Notes under the pieces: generated by a model
What the model was told of the DNA's origin: nothing
The model's input: the letters and a program-made list of their open reading frames with translations, nothing else
The model's database searches: none
Translations under genes and position numbers: made by a program
Assembly (NCBI GenBank): GCA_023667435.1
Contig: JAMPAB010000002.1
Location: 41,180-105,179, forward strand
From: Corallococcus sp.
Lineage (GTDB): Bacteria; Bacillota; Clostridia; Christensenellales; CAG-314
Direction: 5' to 3'
DNA: 64,000 nucleotides
Shown here: positions 26,635 through 36,481 of the stretch, piece after piece
Layout: each line of letters opens with the position of its first letter
Position numbering within the stretch: position 1 is the stretch's first letter

Positions 26635-27900
26635 TTATTCGTCGCTACCCGACAGGTCATCCGGAGCGCGCTCTACAAGACAGTTGTTTTCCGACTTGTA
26701 AACTCTGTTATTCTCGTCAACGGTCAACGTTTCCAAAAGAGGACATTCGCGGAAGATGTTCTGTCCTATAGACGTCACAGTTGCAGATATGCTTACGCTT
26801 TTTAAAGAATCGCACCTGTTAAACACGTAGCTTCCCAAAGCAGTAACGCCTGCGGGAATTTCGAGACTTTGCAAATTGACGCACGATGCAAACGCCATAT
26901 TATTTATTACGCGGAGATTATTGCCCAAAAATACGACTTTTTCCAACCTGTCGCAGTTGGCAAATCCGTCCGCAGCTATTTCCAATACGGGTCTGCCCTG
27001 ATACGTCGCGGGGATATAGACAACAGCGGGACATTGCAACGACAATGCTCTTACCGACCATCCGCCCTTTATTTCGGAGAAACGAAGATATTCTCCTATT
27101 TTTGCGGGAGTTAAGCGCGTTTCGATATGCGCGCTGTCGTGCATACAAGTACGCGTTTCTTCGCCTTCCACAGCTTCGGTTGCTATTTTGCTCGTCACCC
27201 ATTCGCCGTATTCGTGTCCGATAGGATCTATTCTTTTTCTTTGAATATGCTCGGAATCGTTTCCGCATACCGACAACGCAATACCGCTTTGAGTGCATGT
27301 CGGCGTTTCGATTACGGCGAACTCGCTCCAGTTATGTCCCAAAGCGTCGATTTCGCGCGACTCCGTATGTCCGTTATCGTTACGGCAATAACGCGTTTCA
27401 ACGCCTTTGTCTACGCAAGTAGGGGAAAGCGTTACCGTCCATTCGCCGAAATCGTGTTCCGTTGCGACAATGCTTTGCAGTTGAACGTGAGCTGCGTCGT
27501 TGAGACATACCCTCATTTGCGACCCGTCCGACAGACAAGTCGGAGCGTTTACCGTCGTCCACTCTCCGTAACTGTGACCGATAGCTTTGACGGCGCGTTT
27601 ATCCGAATTGCCGCACTTAGAGCAATAACGCTGTTCTACGCCGTCGACGACGCACGTCGGTTCCGTTACGATCTCCCATTCGCCCCAGCTATGTCCCGTC
27701 GCCGCCGTTTCGCGCGTTTGACGGATTTCGGAATTTGCAAGCGACGTACGCGCAAGCAACCCCGATTCTTCGCACGTGGGCGCAGTCACTACTTCCCATT
27801 CGGTAAACTGTTCGTCATGATCGCAGCCCGCAATCAACAATACGGCGAAACAAATAAATGCAACGGCGCACAATATCAATAGTTTATCTCGAATTTTCAT
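26635..27900 (-). CDS. lipoprotein with six Cys/His-rich ~40-aa repeats and a C-terminal BspA-type leucine-rich-repeat domain
   Basis: I trimmed the start to ATG 27900 (MKIRDKLLILCAVAFICFAVLLIAGC has a lipobox). Six units match H.[WY]GEW..V..PTC...G.....C. The LRR_5-like region includes FANCDRLEKVVF..., FASCVNLQSLEIP, FNRCDSLKSVSI and FRECPLLETLTV. Confidence 0.8.
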   Translation of the reverse strand: MKIRDKLLILCAVAFICFAVLLIAGCDHDEQFTEWEVVTAPTCEESGLLARTSLANSEIRQTRETAATGHSWGEWEIVTEPTCVVDGVEQRYCSKCGNSDKRAVKAIGHSYGEWTTVNAPTCLSDGSQMRVCLNDAAHVQLQSIVATEHDFGEWTVTLSPTCVDKGVETRYCRNDNGHTESREIDALGHNWSEFAVIETPTCTQSGIALSVCGNDSEHIQRKRIDPIGHEYGEWVTSKIATEAVEGEETRTCMHDSAHIETRLTPAKIGEYLRFSEIKGGWSVRALSLQCPAVVYIPATYQGRPVLEIAADGFANCDRLEKVVFLGNNLRVINNMAFASCVNLQSLEIPAGVTALGSYVFNRCDSLKSVSISATVTSIGQNIFRECPLLETLTVDENNRVYKSENNCLVERAPDDLSGSDE

Positions 27901-27963
27901 ATCGAACCGTAACTCCTTTTTACAAGTATATCTCGGATTACCGCGTTTGTCAATATTTTTCGC

Positions 27964-27992
27964 TTGACAAAACGCGGTCGAAAAATTAGAAT
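27964..27992 (+). promoter_or_regulatory. glyQS promoter
   Basis: TTGACA (27964-27969), 17-nt spacer, TAGAAT (27987-27992). The leader is ~60 nt with AGGAG before ATG 28057. Confidence 0.6.
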
Positions 27993-28056
27993 AGAAACGC
28001 AGCGATAAATATAATCGCAATAAAATTTTATTGTAAAAATCAGGAGATTTAATACT

Positions 28057-29445
28057 ATGGCAGAGCTTACAATGGATAAACTTGTCAACCTCGCAAAGGG
28101 ACGCGGATTTGTGTTTTCGGGCAGCGAAATATACGGCGGACTCTCCAACTCGTGGGATTACGGCCCGCTGGGCGTCGAGCTGAAAAATAATATCAAACAG
28201 GCATGGTACCGCAAGTTTGTAAAAGAGCACCCATTAAACGTAGGACTCGATTCGGCAATAATAATGAATCCCAAAACGTGGGAAGCCACAGGACACCTCG
28301 CAGGATTTTCCGATCCTTTGATGGACTGCAAAAGCTGCAAAACGCGCTATCGCGCGGATAATCTTATAGAGGAATATCAAGCGAAACACGGTATAGAAAG
28401 CACCGTCGCCGCTATGACCGACGACGATATGTCGTCATACATAAAGGAACACGAAATTCACTGCCCCGTATGCGGAAAGTGCGATTTTACCCCCATACGC
28501 AAATTCAACCTTATGTTCAAAACCTTTATAGGAGTTACGGAAAACTCCTCTTCTACCGTATATCTTCGTCCCGAAACGGCGCAGGGCATATTCGTTAACT
28601 TTAAAAATATCTGCCGCACCACGCGCAAAAAAGTACCGTTCGGCGTAGGACAAATAGGTAAAGCGTTCCGCAACGAGATTACGCCCGGCAACTTCATCTT
28701 CCGTCAAAGAGAATTCGAGCAAATGGAAATGGAATTTTTCTGCAAACCCGGCACGGACCTGGAATGGTTCGACTACTGGAAAAATTTCTGCAAACAATGG
28801 CTGTTGGATCTGGGGATGAAAGAGGAAAATCTGAGATTGCGCGATCACGACAAGGACGAGTTGTGTTTTTACAGCAAGGCGACGACCGACTTCGAAGTCA
28901 AGTTCCCGTTCGGTTGGGGAGAACTGTGGGGAATCGCCGACAGAACGGACTACGACCTGACGCGCCATCAGGAGACGTCGGGACAACCGCTCGATTACAC
29001 CGATCCGCAAACAAACGAAAAGTATATTCCGTACGTAATCGAACCGAGTCTGGGCGTAGACAGAGCTTTCCTTGCGTTCCTTTCCAATGCGTACGACGAG
29101 GAGGTAGTAGGCGACAACGACGTACGCGTCGTACTGCACCTGCACCCCGAGCTTGCGCCCGTAAAAGCTTGCGTATTGCCTCTGTCGAAGAAGCTGGGCG
29201 AACAGGCTACCGCAATCTACAACGATTTGCTTAAAGAATTCGCCTGCGACTACGACGAAGCAGGAAGCATAGGAAAACGTTATCGCCGACAGGACGAAAT
29301 AGGTACGCCCTACTGCGTAACGGTAGATTTCGATACCGAAACCGACGGTTGCGTAACCGTTCGCGACCGCGACACGATGCAGCAAGAAAGAATACCTTTG
29401 TCCGAGTTGAAAACTTATCTTAAAAACAGAATATTTATTTACTGA
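28057..29445 (+). CDS. glyQS: glycine--tRNA ligase (alpha2 type)
   Basis: 462 aa. [61 protein letters not shown] and PSLGVDR are characteristic GlyQS sequence. Confidence 0.95.
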   Translation: MAELTMDKLVNLAKGRGFVFSGSEIYGGLSNSWDYGPLGVELKNNIKQAWYRKFVKEHPLNVGLDSAIIMNPKTWEATGHLAGFSDPLMDCKSCKTRYRADNLIEEYQAKHGIESTVAAMTDDDMSSYIKEHEIHCPVCGKCDFTPIRKFNLMFKTFIGVTENSSSTVYLRPETAQGIFVNFKNICRTTRKKVPFGVGQIGKAFRNEITPGNFIFRQREFEQMEMEFFCKPGTDLEWFDYWKNFCKQWLLDLGMKEENLRLRDHDKDELCFYSKATTDFEVKFPFGWGELWGIADRTDYDLTRHQETSGQPLDYTDPQTNEKYIPYVIEPSLGVDRAFLAFLSNAYDEEVVGDNDVRVVLHLHPELAPVKACVLPLSKKLGEQATAIYNDLLKEFACDYDEAGSIGKRYRRQDEIGTPYCVTVDFDTETDGCVTVRDRDTMQQERIPLSELKTYLKNRIFIY

Positions 29446-29450
29446 AAATT

Positions 29451-29481
29451 GCGCAGTCGAAGTTAAACCGACTGCGTTTTC
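29451..29481 (+). terminator. glyQS terminator
   Basis: CGCAGTCG (29452-29459) pairs with CGACTGCG (29469-29476), followed by TTTTC. Confidence 0.7.
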
Positions 29482-29482
29482 T

Positions 29483-29517
29483 ATAAAAAAGTTGCCGCAG
29501 GTTTTTATCCTGCGGCA
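29483..29517 (-). terminator. terminator of the SDR gene
   Basis: TGCCGCAGG (29493-29501) pairs with CCTGCGGCA (29509-29517). On the minus strand it is followed by CTTTTTTAT. Confidence 0.7.
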
Positions 29518-29529
29518 GTTTGCTTAGTG

Positions 29530-30423
29530 TTATTGCATGCGTTTCGCCATCATTTTCTGAAACATTTTAGTATTGTAAAGCTTTAACGCGGCAGGCACGT
29601 CGAGTTGATTTTTTGCAAATCCTAAAACTTTTTCCGCATTGTGTCCCATATCGGCAATAAACATCAGACCCGAAACGAAACATGCCATATCCGAATTAAG
29701 GAACACGATCGGCATTGCCATTTCATGCGAAGTTGCAAGTCTGCCTATTGCGCCGTTTTCCCTTACAAGCGCTTCGTTACCTCCTGCCATTTTTTCAAAT
29801 TCCTGCTTCATCCCCGTATCGGTCGAACCCGGAAGAAGCGCATTTACTCTTATTCCTCTCTTGCCGAATTCCACAGCTTTAAGCGAAGCGTAATAATTCA
29901 TTGCGCGTTTAGAAAGAGTATAGGACATACCGCCGGTAGGAATTTCCTTAGGACAAACCTTCTTCATAAATTTTATCATTTCGTCCCACGTTTCCGCTTT
30001 CATAATCTTTTTGTACTCTTTCGCCCACTTTTCCCACATAAGACCGCCGCACGAGGTAACGTAAACTATCGCCCCTCCGTTTGTCATACGCTTGTCGAGA
30101 TAAACGTCCGTAATATATTTATTAGCGATAAAATTAACCGTAAAAGTCGTCCAGTAACTCGTTTTTGCACCGCTGAGTCCCGCAACGCCGAAGAAACTGT
30201 CTATCTTTTGCGGAAGCTGCGCAAACGCTTCGTCTATGCTTTGTTTGTCCGAAAGGTCGCATTGTACAAATTGTTTCATTCCTTCGATTTGCAATTCGTT
30301 TCGGTCAAGACCGTAAACCTGCGCGCCGAGATTTACCAGCATTTCGCATACCGCCCTTCCTATACCGCTTGCCGAGCCTGTTACGACGCAAACTTTATTG
30401 TTATAGCCAAAATAATCTTGCAT
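29530..30423 (-). CDS. short-chain dehydrogenase/reductase family oxidoreductase
   Basis: I trimmed the start to ATG 30423, which follows GGAAGGA. VVTGSASGIGRA (TGxxxGxG) and YTLSKRA (YxxxK) are present. Confidence 0.85.
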   Translation of the reverse strand: MQDYFGYNNKVCVVTGSASGIGRAVCEMLVNLGAQVYGLDRNELQIEGMKQFVQCDLSDKQSIDEAFAQLPQKIDSFFGVAGLSGAKTSYWTTFTVNFIANKYITDVYLDKRMTNGGAIVYVTSCGGLMWEKWAKEYKKIMKAETWDEMIKFMKKVCPKEIPTGGMSYTLSKRAMNYYASLKAVEFGKRGIRVNALLPGSTDTGMKQEFEKMAGGNEALVRENGAIGRLATSHEMAMPIVFLNSDMACFVSGLMFIADMGHNAEKVLGFAKNQLDVPAALKLYNTKMFQKMMAKRMQ

Positions 30424-30448
30424 TTTCGTATCCTTCCTTGTATAATAT

Positions 30449-30468
30449 AATGAGACAAAAGTCTCATT
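30449..30468. promoter_or_regulatory. perfect palindrome in the SDR/TetR divergent region (candidate TetR operator)
   Basis: AATGAGAC-AAAA-GTCTCATT (8-4-8). A half-site copy, AATGAGACAAAAG, recurs at 30515-30527 just upstream of the TetR ATG. Confidence 0.5.
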
Positions 30469-30541
30469 GAAAGTATAAATCAATTCCGAAGAAAATTCAA
30501 CATACTGAATATCAAATGAGACAAAAGGGGCAAATTTTCTC

Positions 30542-31045
30542 ATGAAAACTGCGGTTGTAAAACAATATTTGTGCGATGCTTTATTTCGCCTGATGGATAA
30601 AAAAGATTTTAATTCCATTACGATTAACGAGCTTGTAAAGGTTGCGGGAGTTTGCCGAGCTTCCTTCTACAGAAATTTTATATCTTTGGAAAGTATCGTT
30701 GACTTTTATTATCGGGAAATGTTTGCAAAAATCTATCCCGTCAACAGAATGACCGAAAGTAACATGGCGCAAACGGTCAAAAATATCTTTTCGTCTTTAA
30801 AATCGATGCGGAAACCGTTGTCGGTTTTAAGCAAACAGAATTTGTTGAACGGAATGGAAAAATACGTTTTTGACACAACGTTGAACAAAATAAACGAATT
30901 AGGCGTTATGAACAACCGTTATCAACCTTATTTTTTCGCGGGAGCCTCGTTTGCCCTTATAAAAGCCTGGATAGAATTCGACTTTTGCGAAAGCGAAGAC
31001 GAAATGACCGAAATATTTTTCAAATCGCTAAAAGGTTATTTGTAA
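30542..31045 (+). CDS. TetR-family transcriptional regulator
   Basis: The N-terminal HTH reads FNSITINELVKVAGVCRASFYRNF. It is 167 aa and divergent from the SDR gene. Confidence 0.85.
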   Translation: MKTAVVKQYLCDALFRLMDKKDFNSITINELVKVAGVCRASFYRNFISLESIVDFYYREMFAKIYPVNRMTESNMAQTVKNIFSSLKSMRKPLSVLSKQNLLNGMEKYVFDTTLNKINELGVMNNRYQPYFFAGASFALIKAWIEFDFCESEDEMTEIFFKSLKGYL

Positions 31046-31320
31046 TAAATAAAACAAACGCGCTCTATGCTCCGTAGCGCAGACTTCGACAACTAAGCGA
31101 TGCTGCGCAAGCGTGACGTCCAACGCAATTCGACGGTACAAAATATTTCTGCGCGAGCCGAAAACTCGAAACAATTTGCAGACAATGCAATCGGTCCGAC
31201 GGTCGCCGACAATCAGGCTGCCGTCAATGCTTTCCGTATACGTTTTGCAACCAACGGTTGCTTGATTGAAATTCCGTCCCGTGCTATTATTAAATTACAA
31301 TAACATCGAAGGAGATCTCT

Positions 31321-31767
31321 ATGTTAGATTTACAAGCCGTCGGCGAAAATATCCGCAGTCTTCGGATAAAAAACGGTCTGAGTCAAGACTATATCGCCGA
31401 ATTGTTGGGAGTATCGCACCAGGCGGTATCGCGTTGGGAAAACGGTCTTGCGGTACCGTCGGTAGACAACATCGCAGAACTGTGCGAAGTGTTCGACGTC
31501 AGTTTCGAACAGCTGCTTTGCTTAAACGGAAAAATAGAATGGAACTCAAAAGATATATTTAAGGGACACAGCAGAATGTTCGTTGTAAAACAGATAATAA
31601 GCGGAGCGGTACGTTACGATATAGCGGGTAACTTCGACGCGTTTATGCCGCAGGAGCGGTTGATGATACTCAAAGCCGTCAAGGAACGGCGAATCGAGGC
31701 GGATATATCCGTACTCAGCCGCAAGTTGACGCCCGACGAGCAAAGATTTATGGGAGGTAAAAAATGA
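31321..31767 (+). CDS. XRE-family HTH regulator with a C-terminal extension
   Basis: NIRSLRIKNGLSQDYIAELLGVSHQAVSRWENG. SD GGAG lies upstream. Confidence 0.85.
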   Translation: MLDLQAVGENIRSLRIKNGLSQDYIAELLGVSHQAVSRWENGLAVPSVDNIAELCEVFDVSFEQLLCLNGKIEWNSKDIFKGHSRMFVVKQIISGAVRYDIAGNFDAFMPQERLMILKAVKERRIEADISVLSRKLTPDEQRFMGGKK

Positions 31768-31925
31768 AGCGATTAATTTGCAAAAACACTCAAACAACGT
31801 TACTTGAAAAACGGATAATAGACGAAGAACGCGCCCGAGCGGAATTAAACAAACAAATAGCTATGGCGAATATGCGCGAATACCGCATACTGTCCCATAT
31901 AAACAAAAACGGAGGTTTGTTATGA
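31764..31925 (+). CDS. 53-aa hypothetical protein (not in the ORF track)
   Basis: My translation is MKRLICKNTQTTLLEKRIIDEERARAELNKQIAMANMREYRILSHINKNGGLL. GGGAGG lies 6 nt upstream. ATGA overlaps occur with both neighbours (31764-31767 and 31922-31925). Confidence 0.6.
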   Translation: MKRLICKNTQTTLLEKRIIDEERARAELNKQIAMANMREYRILSHINKNGGLL

Positions 31926-32440
31926 AAAACATCGACGAAATGCTGTGTTATATGGACGAAGAAGACGTTTACGAATTGGCGAAGGAAGTTATCGACGGAG
32001 GTCTCGATATGGAGTTGGGACGTATGCTCCCCTATATGGATGAGGAAGACGTAAACGAGCTTCTGAGCCTTGCTCTAAAACGAAATTTTAAATGCGACGT
32101 AAAGGAATTTTTGCCGTATCTCGACGAAGAAAAAGTCGATGAAATATGCGAAAAAATCGCCGCAGATCCCGAATATGCAAAAGATTTAACGTTGGACGAC
32201 GTACTGCCGTATGCTTCGGAAGAAGGAATAGACAAACTGTTTACGACGTACGCGCGTCAGGGCAAGTTCGAACCGAAAGCTCTGCCGTACGTATCGGAGG
32301 AATGTTTACACCGTTTTGTGACGGAATATTGCGCCAATCCCGATTTCGACGTTGACATCGACGTACTGTATCCGTACCTCGAAAGCAAAGATATTTCGTT
32401 GCTCTTTAAAACGTATTTAAAAAAGCGTAAGCGGCAATAA
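31922..32440 (+). CDS. acidic repeat protein with six ~28-aa 'LPY(M/L)DEE' units
   Basis: The units are MLCYMDEEDVYEL, MLPYMDEEDVNEL, FLPYLDEEKVDEI, VLPYASEEGIDKL, ALPYVSEECLHRF and VLYPYLESKDISLL. An SD lies inside the upstream small ORF. Confidence 0.75.
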   Translation: MKNIDEMLCYMDEEDVYELAKEVIDGGLDMELGRMLPYMDEEDVNELLSLALKRNFKCDVKEFLPYLDEEKVDEICEKIAADPEYAKDLTLDDVLPYASEEGIDKLFTTYARQGKFEPKALPYVSEECLHRFVTEYCANPDFDVDIDVLYPYLESKDISLLFKTYLKKRKRQ

Positions 32441-32563
32441 CCGATCCGTATTAGAATTAAATTGCGTTTTTGATTGCAAAAAGCGTTTGTTTTTAGTATA
32501 ATAAATGCGTTCGCGCGGTCGTTAGACTTTGCGGACGCATTTAACGTTGCAGGAGTTGTAGCA

Positions 32564-34708
32564 ATGGACATTAACGGAAAAATCACAGAAGAACTGGACG
32601 TTGCCAAATGGCAAGTTGACGCCGCCGTCAAGCTTATCGACGAAGGAAACACCATTCCCTTTATATCCCGTTACCGCAAAGAAGCGACGGGACAGCTTAA
32701 CGACGAACAATTGCGCAAACTGTTCGAAAGACTGACGTATCTGCGCAATCTCGAAGAAAAAAAGCAGCAGGTGCTCAAAAGCATAGACGAGCAAGGACTT
32801 CTTACGGAAGAACTGCGCGATCAAATAGAAAAAGCGGAAACGCAGGTTGCGGTAGAAGACCTGTACCGTCCTTTCCGTCCCAAACGCCGCACGCGCGCCA
32901 TTGTCGCTAAGGAAAAAGGACTGGAAGGACTTGCGAATATAATTCTGCTGCAGGAAACGAATAAAAATCCGAAAGAGTTCGCGGCGGAATACGTCAACCC
33001 CGAAAAAGGCGTAAATACGGTAAAAGAAGCTTTGCAGGGGGCGTTAGACATAATTGCCGAAATTATATCCGACAACCCCGAGTATCGCAAAGCAATTCGC
33101 GGTTTTACTTACCAACTGGGACAGATTACGTCGACGGCAAAAAAACCCGACGTAAAAACGGTGTACGACAACTATTACGCCTACGAAGAAGATATCGCAA
33201 AGATTGCGGGGCACCGCATACTTGCCGTCAATCGCGGCGAAGCTGAAAAAGTATTGACCGTAAAAATCGCCGCGCCGTCCGAGCTTATATGCGACTATCT
33301 GTCGCGCCATATAGTAACTAAGGACAATCCCAACACCGCGCCGCTATTGACGCTTGCTCTCACCGACAGTTACGTAAGATTGATTGCGCCCAGTATCGAA
33401 ACGGAAATACGCAATATGCTTACGGAAAAAGCTGAAGAAGGCGCAATCGCTGTATTCGGTAAAAATCTTGAACAACTGCTAATGCAGCCTCCTATCGTAG
33501 GTCAAGTCGTTTTGGGATGGGACCCCGCCTTCCGTACGGGTTGCAAGCTCGCCGTAGTAGACGCTACAGGCAAAGTGCTTGATACGACGGTAATTTATCC
33601 TACCGCACCCACCACTCCCGAAAAAATAGCAAAAGCTAAATTAACGCTGCAAGCGCTAATCAAAAAATACAATGTTACCCTTATATCTTTGGGTAACGGC
33701 ACGGCCTCGCGCGAAAGCGAACAGATAATCGTAGAGTTGCTTCGCGAAACGGGTCTGCCCGTGCAATACGTAATAGTAAACGAGGCGGGAGCGTCCGTCT
33801 ACTCTGCAAGCAAACTGGCAACGGAGGAATTCCCCGAATTCGACGTAGGACAGCGCAGCGCGGCGAGCATAGCCCGCAGACTGCAAGATCCGTTGGCGGA
33901 GTTGGTAAAAATCGACCCGAAATCCATAGGCGTCGGACAGTATCAACACGATATGAATCAAAAGAAACTGGGCGAAACGCTCGAAGGCGTTGTAGAGGAC
34001 TGCGTAAACAAAGTGGGCGTTGACCTTAACACCGCTTCCGTCCCGTTACTCACCTATATTTCGGGAATCAACGCTTCCATTGCCAAAAACATTGTAACGT
34101 ATCGCGAAAAGAACGGAAGCTTTACAAACCGCGAACAGTTGCTTAAAGTGGATAAACTGGGCGCGAAAGCGTACGAACAGTGCGCGGGATTTTTGAGAAT
34201 TTCCAACGGCGAAAATCCGTTGGACGCCACCAGCGTTCATCCCGAAAGCTACGACGCGGCAAGTAAATTTATGAAACTGCAGCATATCGAGCCCCAAAAT
34301 ATAGGAAATCTGTCGGGACTTTCCAAAACAATAAGCGACTACAAAAAACTTGCAGATAAGTTGAACATAGGCGAGTTGACGTTGCGCGACATAGTGTCGG
34401 AACTGGAAAAGCCTGCGCGCGACCCGCGCGAAGAAATGCCTAAGCCCATACTGCGCAACGACGTACTCGAAATGAAGGATTTAAAAGAAGGTATGCTGCT
34501 TAAAGGCACGGTACGTAACGTCATCGACTTCGGCGTATTCGTAGACATAGGCGTACACCAGGACGGACTGGTACATATATCGCAGCTTTCTTCCGCAAAA
34601 TACGTCAAGCACCCTTTGGAAGTGGTAAAAGTAGGAGATATCGTAGACGTAAAAGTGTTATCCGTCGATTTAGAGAAAAAGCGGATATCGCTGACGATGA
34701 AAATCTGA
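32564..34708 (+). CDS. tex: Tex-like transcription accessory protein (S1 domain at the C-terminus)
   Basis: IPFISRYRKEATG, YqgF/HhH-like central regions and the C-terminal S1 (GTVRNVIDFGVFVDIGVHQDGLVHISQL) are present. I moved the start to ATG 32564, which follows AGGAG. Confidence 0.9.
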   Translation: MDINGKITEELDVAKWQVDAAVKLIDEGNTIPFISRYRKEATGQLNDEQLRKLFERLTYLRNLEEKKQQVLKSIDEQGLLTEELRDQIEKAETQVAVEDLYRPFRPKRRTRAIVAKEKGLEGLANIILLQETNKNPKEFAAEYVNPEKGVNTVKEALQGALDIIAEIISDNPEYRKAIRGFTYQLGQITSTAKKPDVKTVYDNYYAYEEDIAKIAGHRILAVNRGEAEKVLTVKIAAPSELICDYLSRHIVTKDNPNTAPLLTLALTDSYVRLIAPSIETEIRNMLTEKAEEGAIAVFGKNLEQLLMQPPIVGQVVLGWDPAFRTGCKLAVVDATGKVLDTTVIYPTAPTTPEKIAKAKLTLQALIKKYNVTLISLGNGTASRESEQIIVELLRETGLPVQYVIVNEAGASVYSASKLATEEFPEFDVGQRSAASIARRLQDPLAELVKIDPKSIGVGQYQHDMNQKKLGETLEGVVEDCVNKVGVDLNTASVPLLTYISGINASIAKNIVTYREKNGSFTNREQLLKVDKLGAKAYEQCAGFLRISNGENPLDATSVHPESYDAASKFMKLQHIEPQNIGNLSGLSKTISDYKKLADKLNIGELTLRDIVSELEKPARDPREEMPKPILRNDVLEMKDLKEGMLLKGTVRNVIDFGVFVDIGVHQDGLVHISQLSSAKYVKHPLEVVKVGDIVDVKVLSVDLEKKRISLTMKI

Positions 34709-34759
34709 TTTCTTACAAACCGAAAATCAAACGCGCAATACAGCGCTTTTATATAAAAC

Positions 34760-34793
34760 GCAACGCCTCCGAGTAAAATCTCAGAGGCGTTGC
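34760..34793. terminator. hairpin terminator between convergent tex and the kinase gene
   Basis: GCAACGCCTC (34760-34769) pairs with GAGGCGTTGC (34784-34793), a 10-bp perfect stem. The T-rich tail (GTTTTATATAAAA) is on the minus strand. Confidence 0.7.
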
Positions 34794-34831
34794 GCTGTTA
34801 CTGACAGTAATTTCGAATACAGACAACCGTT

Positions 34832-36481
34832 TTATTCTTCCGTTTCGGCAAAGCAGCTGCCGCCTATAAATTCGCGCAGAAGCGAATTGCACGGCACCCA
34901 CTTTTCGTCGATTTCCTTAAAATATTTCAAAAATTTAATAAGTCGGTTTGCAGTAATATAGTAAGGACTGTCCGATTTGACTTCCTGAAGCGCGGGCAGC
35001 GCGTACTTCTTCAAAACGCACAATTCGTAAGTTAACGCCGAATTGAACACGTAGTTGCAGCCTTCCTGATAAGGATAAATCCACTTAAATTCTCCGCGAC
35101 GAACGCTCGGCCACATTTCCAGCGTTCTTTCGGCGGATGCTCCGCGATATTTTTTGTCGCGCACAATACGGCGCAACAGTCTTATATCGGTATAACTTAT
35201 GGGATTGTGATTGTCCAAATTGATTTGGAATTGCGGTGCAATATATATTTTGAATTTTTGGTGCTTCGGTATAGCGTGAGACAGTTGGTCGTTAAGCGCG
35301 TGGATTCCCTCGATGATGATAGGCGTATTTTCCGTTATTTTGACGCGCGTACCGCCGCTTACCGCTCTGCCGCTGCCGAATTGATAGTTGGGCAACTCCA
35401 CCTCCTGCCCGTCGATTAGCGCCTGCATGTGTTCGTTAAACAACGCCACGTCGATAGCGTCGATATGCTCGAAATCGGGTTCTCCGAATTCGTCGAGAGG
35501 AATCTGATCTTTGTTTTTATAGTACATATCCAAAGATATACGCAGAGGATTGATTCCTCTTGACATAAGCTCTATCTTCAATCGGTTGGAAAACGTAGTC
35601 TTGCCCGAACTGGACGGACCCGCTATGCAAATCAAACGTATACTGTCTATGTCGTCGGCGATAAGTCCGCCTAATTCGTGCAGCATACCGTTATGTAACG
35701 TTTCGTTCATATTGATAAAATCGACGTACGTATCGGCTTGCGCGCGTTCGTTCATTTTGGATATTATCTCGGCGTTGCACAGCTTCGCCCATTTGTGAGC
35801 GCGCTTTAAAACCCTAGAAAAAGTGGGTTCGTCGTTAAACGCGGGAATTTGCCCTTGCGCCTCGTGACGCGGATATTGAAGGATAAAATGACCGTCGTAA
35901 CAGAACATATTAAACTTTTTCAAATATCCCGTCGACGGCACCATATAACCGTACATATAATTGAGATAGTCGCCGCATTTATAGAAATGGCAGATTTTCT
36001 CGGGACGGTACTGTAACGTTTCCGCTTTATCCGTCTGTCCCTGAGAAATAAAGTACGCTTTCGCTTCGTCCTTAGGCATAGACGTTTTTACAAACGGGAC
36101 GTCCGCATTTACAAGACGCTCCATTTCCGCTTTGACAGCGGCAAGCATGGCTCTGTCCATTGCCACGTTAGGTTGCAATACCGTAATTAACAGCGAGCGG
36201 GAAATCGCATAACTTATTTTTACCTGATACGCGGGATAAAGATTGTGAAAAGCGAGAACGATTAGATACCGTATACTTGTCTCGTACACTTTCACGGCAT
36301 CGGAAGAAGTCAAGTCCAACAGTTCCACGTTGGAATCGTAACACAAATCGTACGTAAGTTCGCGCAAACGGTTGTTAACTTTTACCGCCATATATTTTTT
36401 TTCTCGATCGTCTATCAGACTTAATACGGGGGTTTTTCCGTCCAGCTTATAAGTTTTGTTTTGTATGTTTACAGTAAACAT
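34832..36481 (-). CDS. uridine-kinase/phosphoribulokinase-family nucleoside kinase with a long N-terminal ThrRS/TGS-like extension
   Basis: P-loop CIAGPSSSGKTTFSNRL lies in the C-terminal half. The ~270-aa N-terminal region resembles that of the long 'Udk-like' proteins of Firmicutes, from memory. Confidence 0.7.
   Translation of the reverse strand: MFTVNIQNKTYKLDGKTPVLSLIDDREKKYMAVKVNNRLRELTYDLCYDSNVELLDLTSSDAVKVYETSIRYLIVLAFHNLYPAYQVKISYAISRSLLITVLQPNVAMDRAMLAAVKAEMERLVNADVPFVKTSMPKDEAKAYFISQGQTDKAETLQYRPEKICHFYKCGDYLNYMYGYMVPSTGYLKKFNMFCYDGHFILQYPRHEAQGQIPAFNDEPTFSRVLKRAHKWAKLCNAEIISKMNERAQADTYVDFINMNETLHNGMLHELGGLIADDIDSIRLICIAGPSSSGKTTFSNRLKIELMSRGINPLRISLDMYYKNKDQIPLDEFGEPDFEHIDAIDVALFNEHMQALIDGQEVELPNYQFGSGRAVSGGTRVKITENTPIIIEGIHALNDQLSHAIPKHQKFKIYIAPQFQINLDNHNPISYTDIRLLRRIVRDKKYRGASAERTLEMWPSVRRGEFKWIYPYQEGCNYVFNSALTYELCVLKKYALPALQEVKSDSPYYITANRLIKFLKYFKEIDEKWVPCNSLLREFIGGSCFAETEE

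Noticed and set aside
27901-28056. A T-box or other riboswitch upstream of glyQS.
   Set aside because: The predicted promoter (27964-27992) leaves only a ~60-nt leader. There is no specifier or T-box sequence (GGUGGNACCGCG-like) and no terminator/antiterminator pair.
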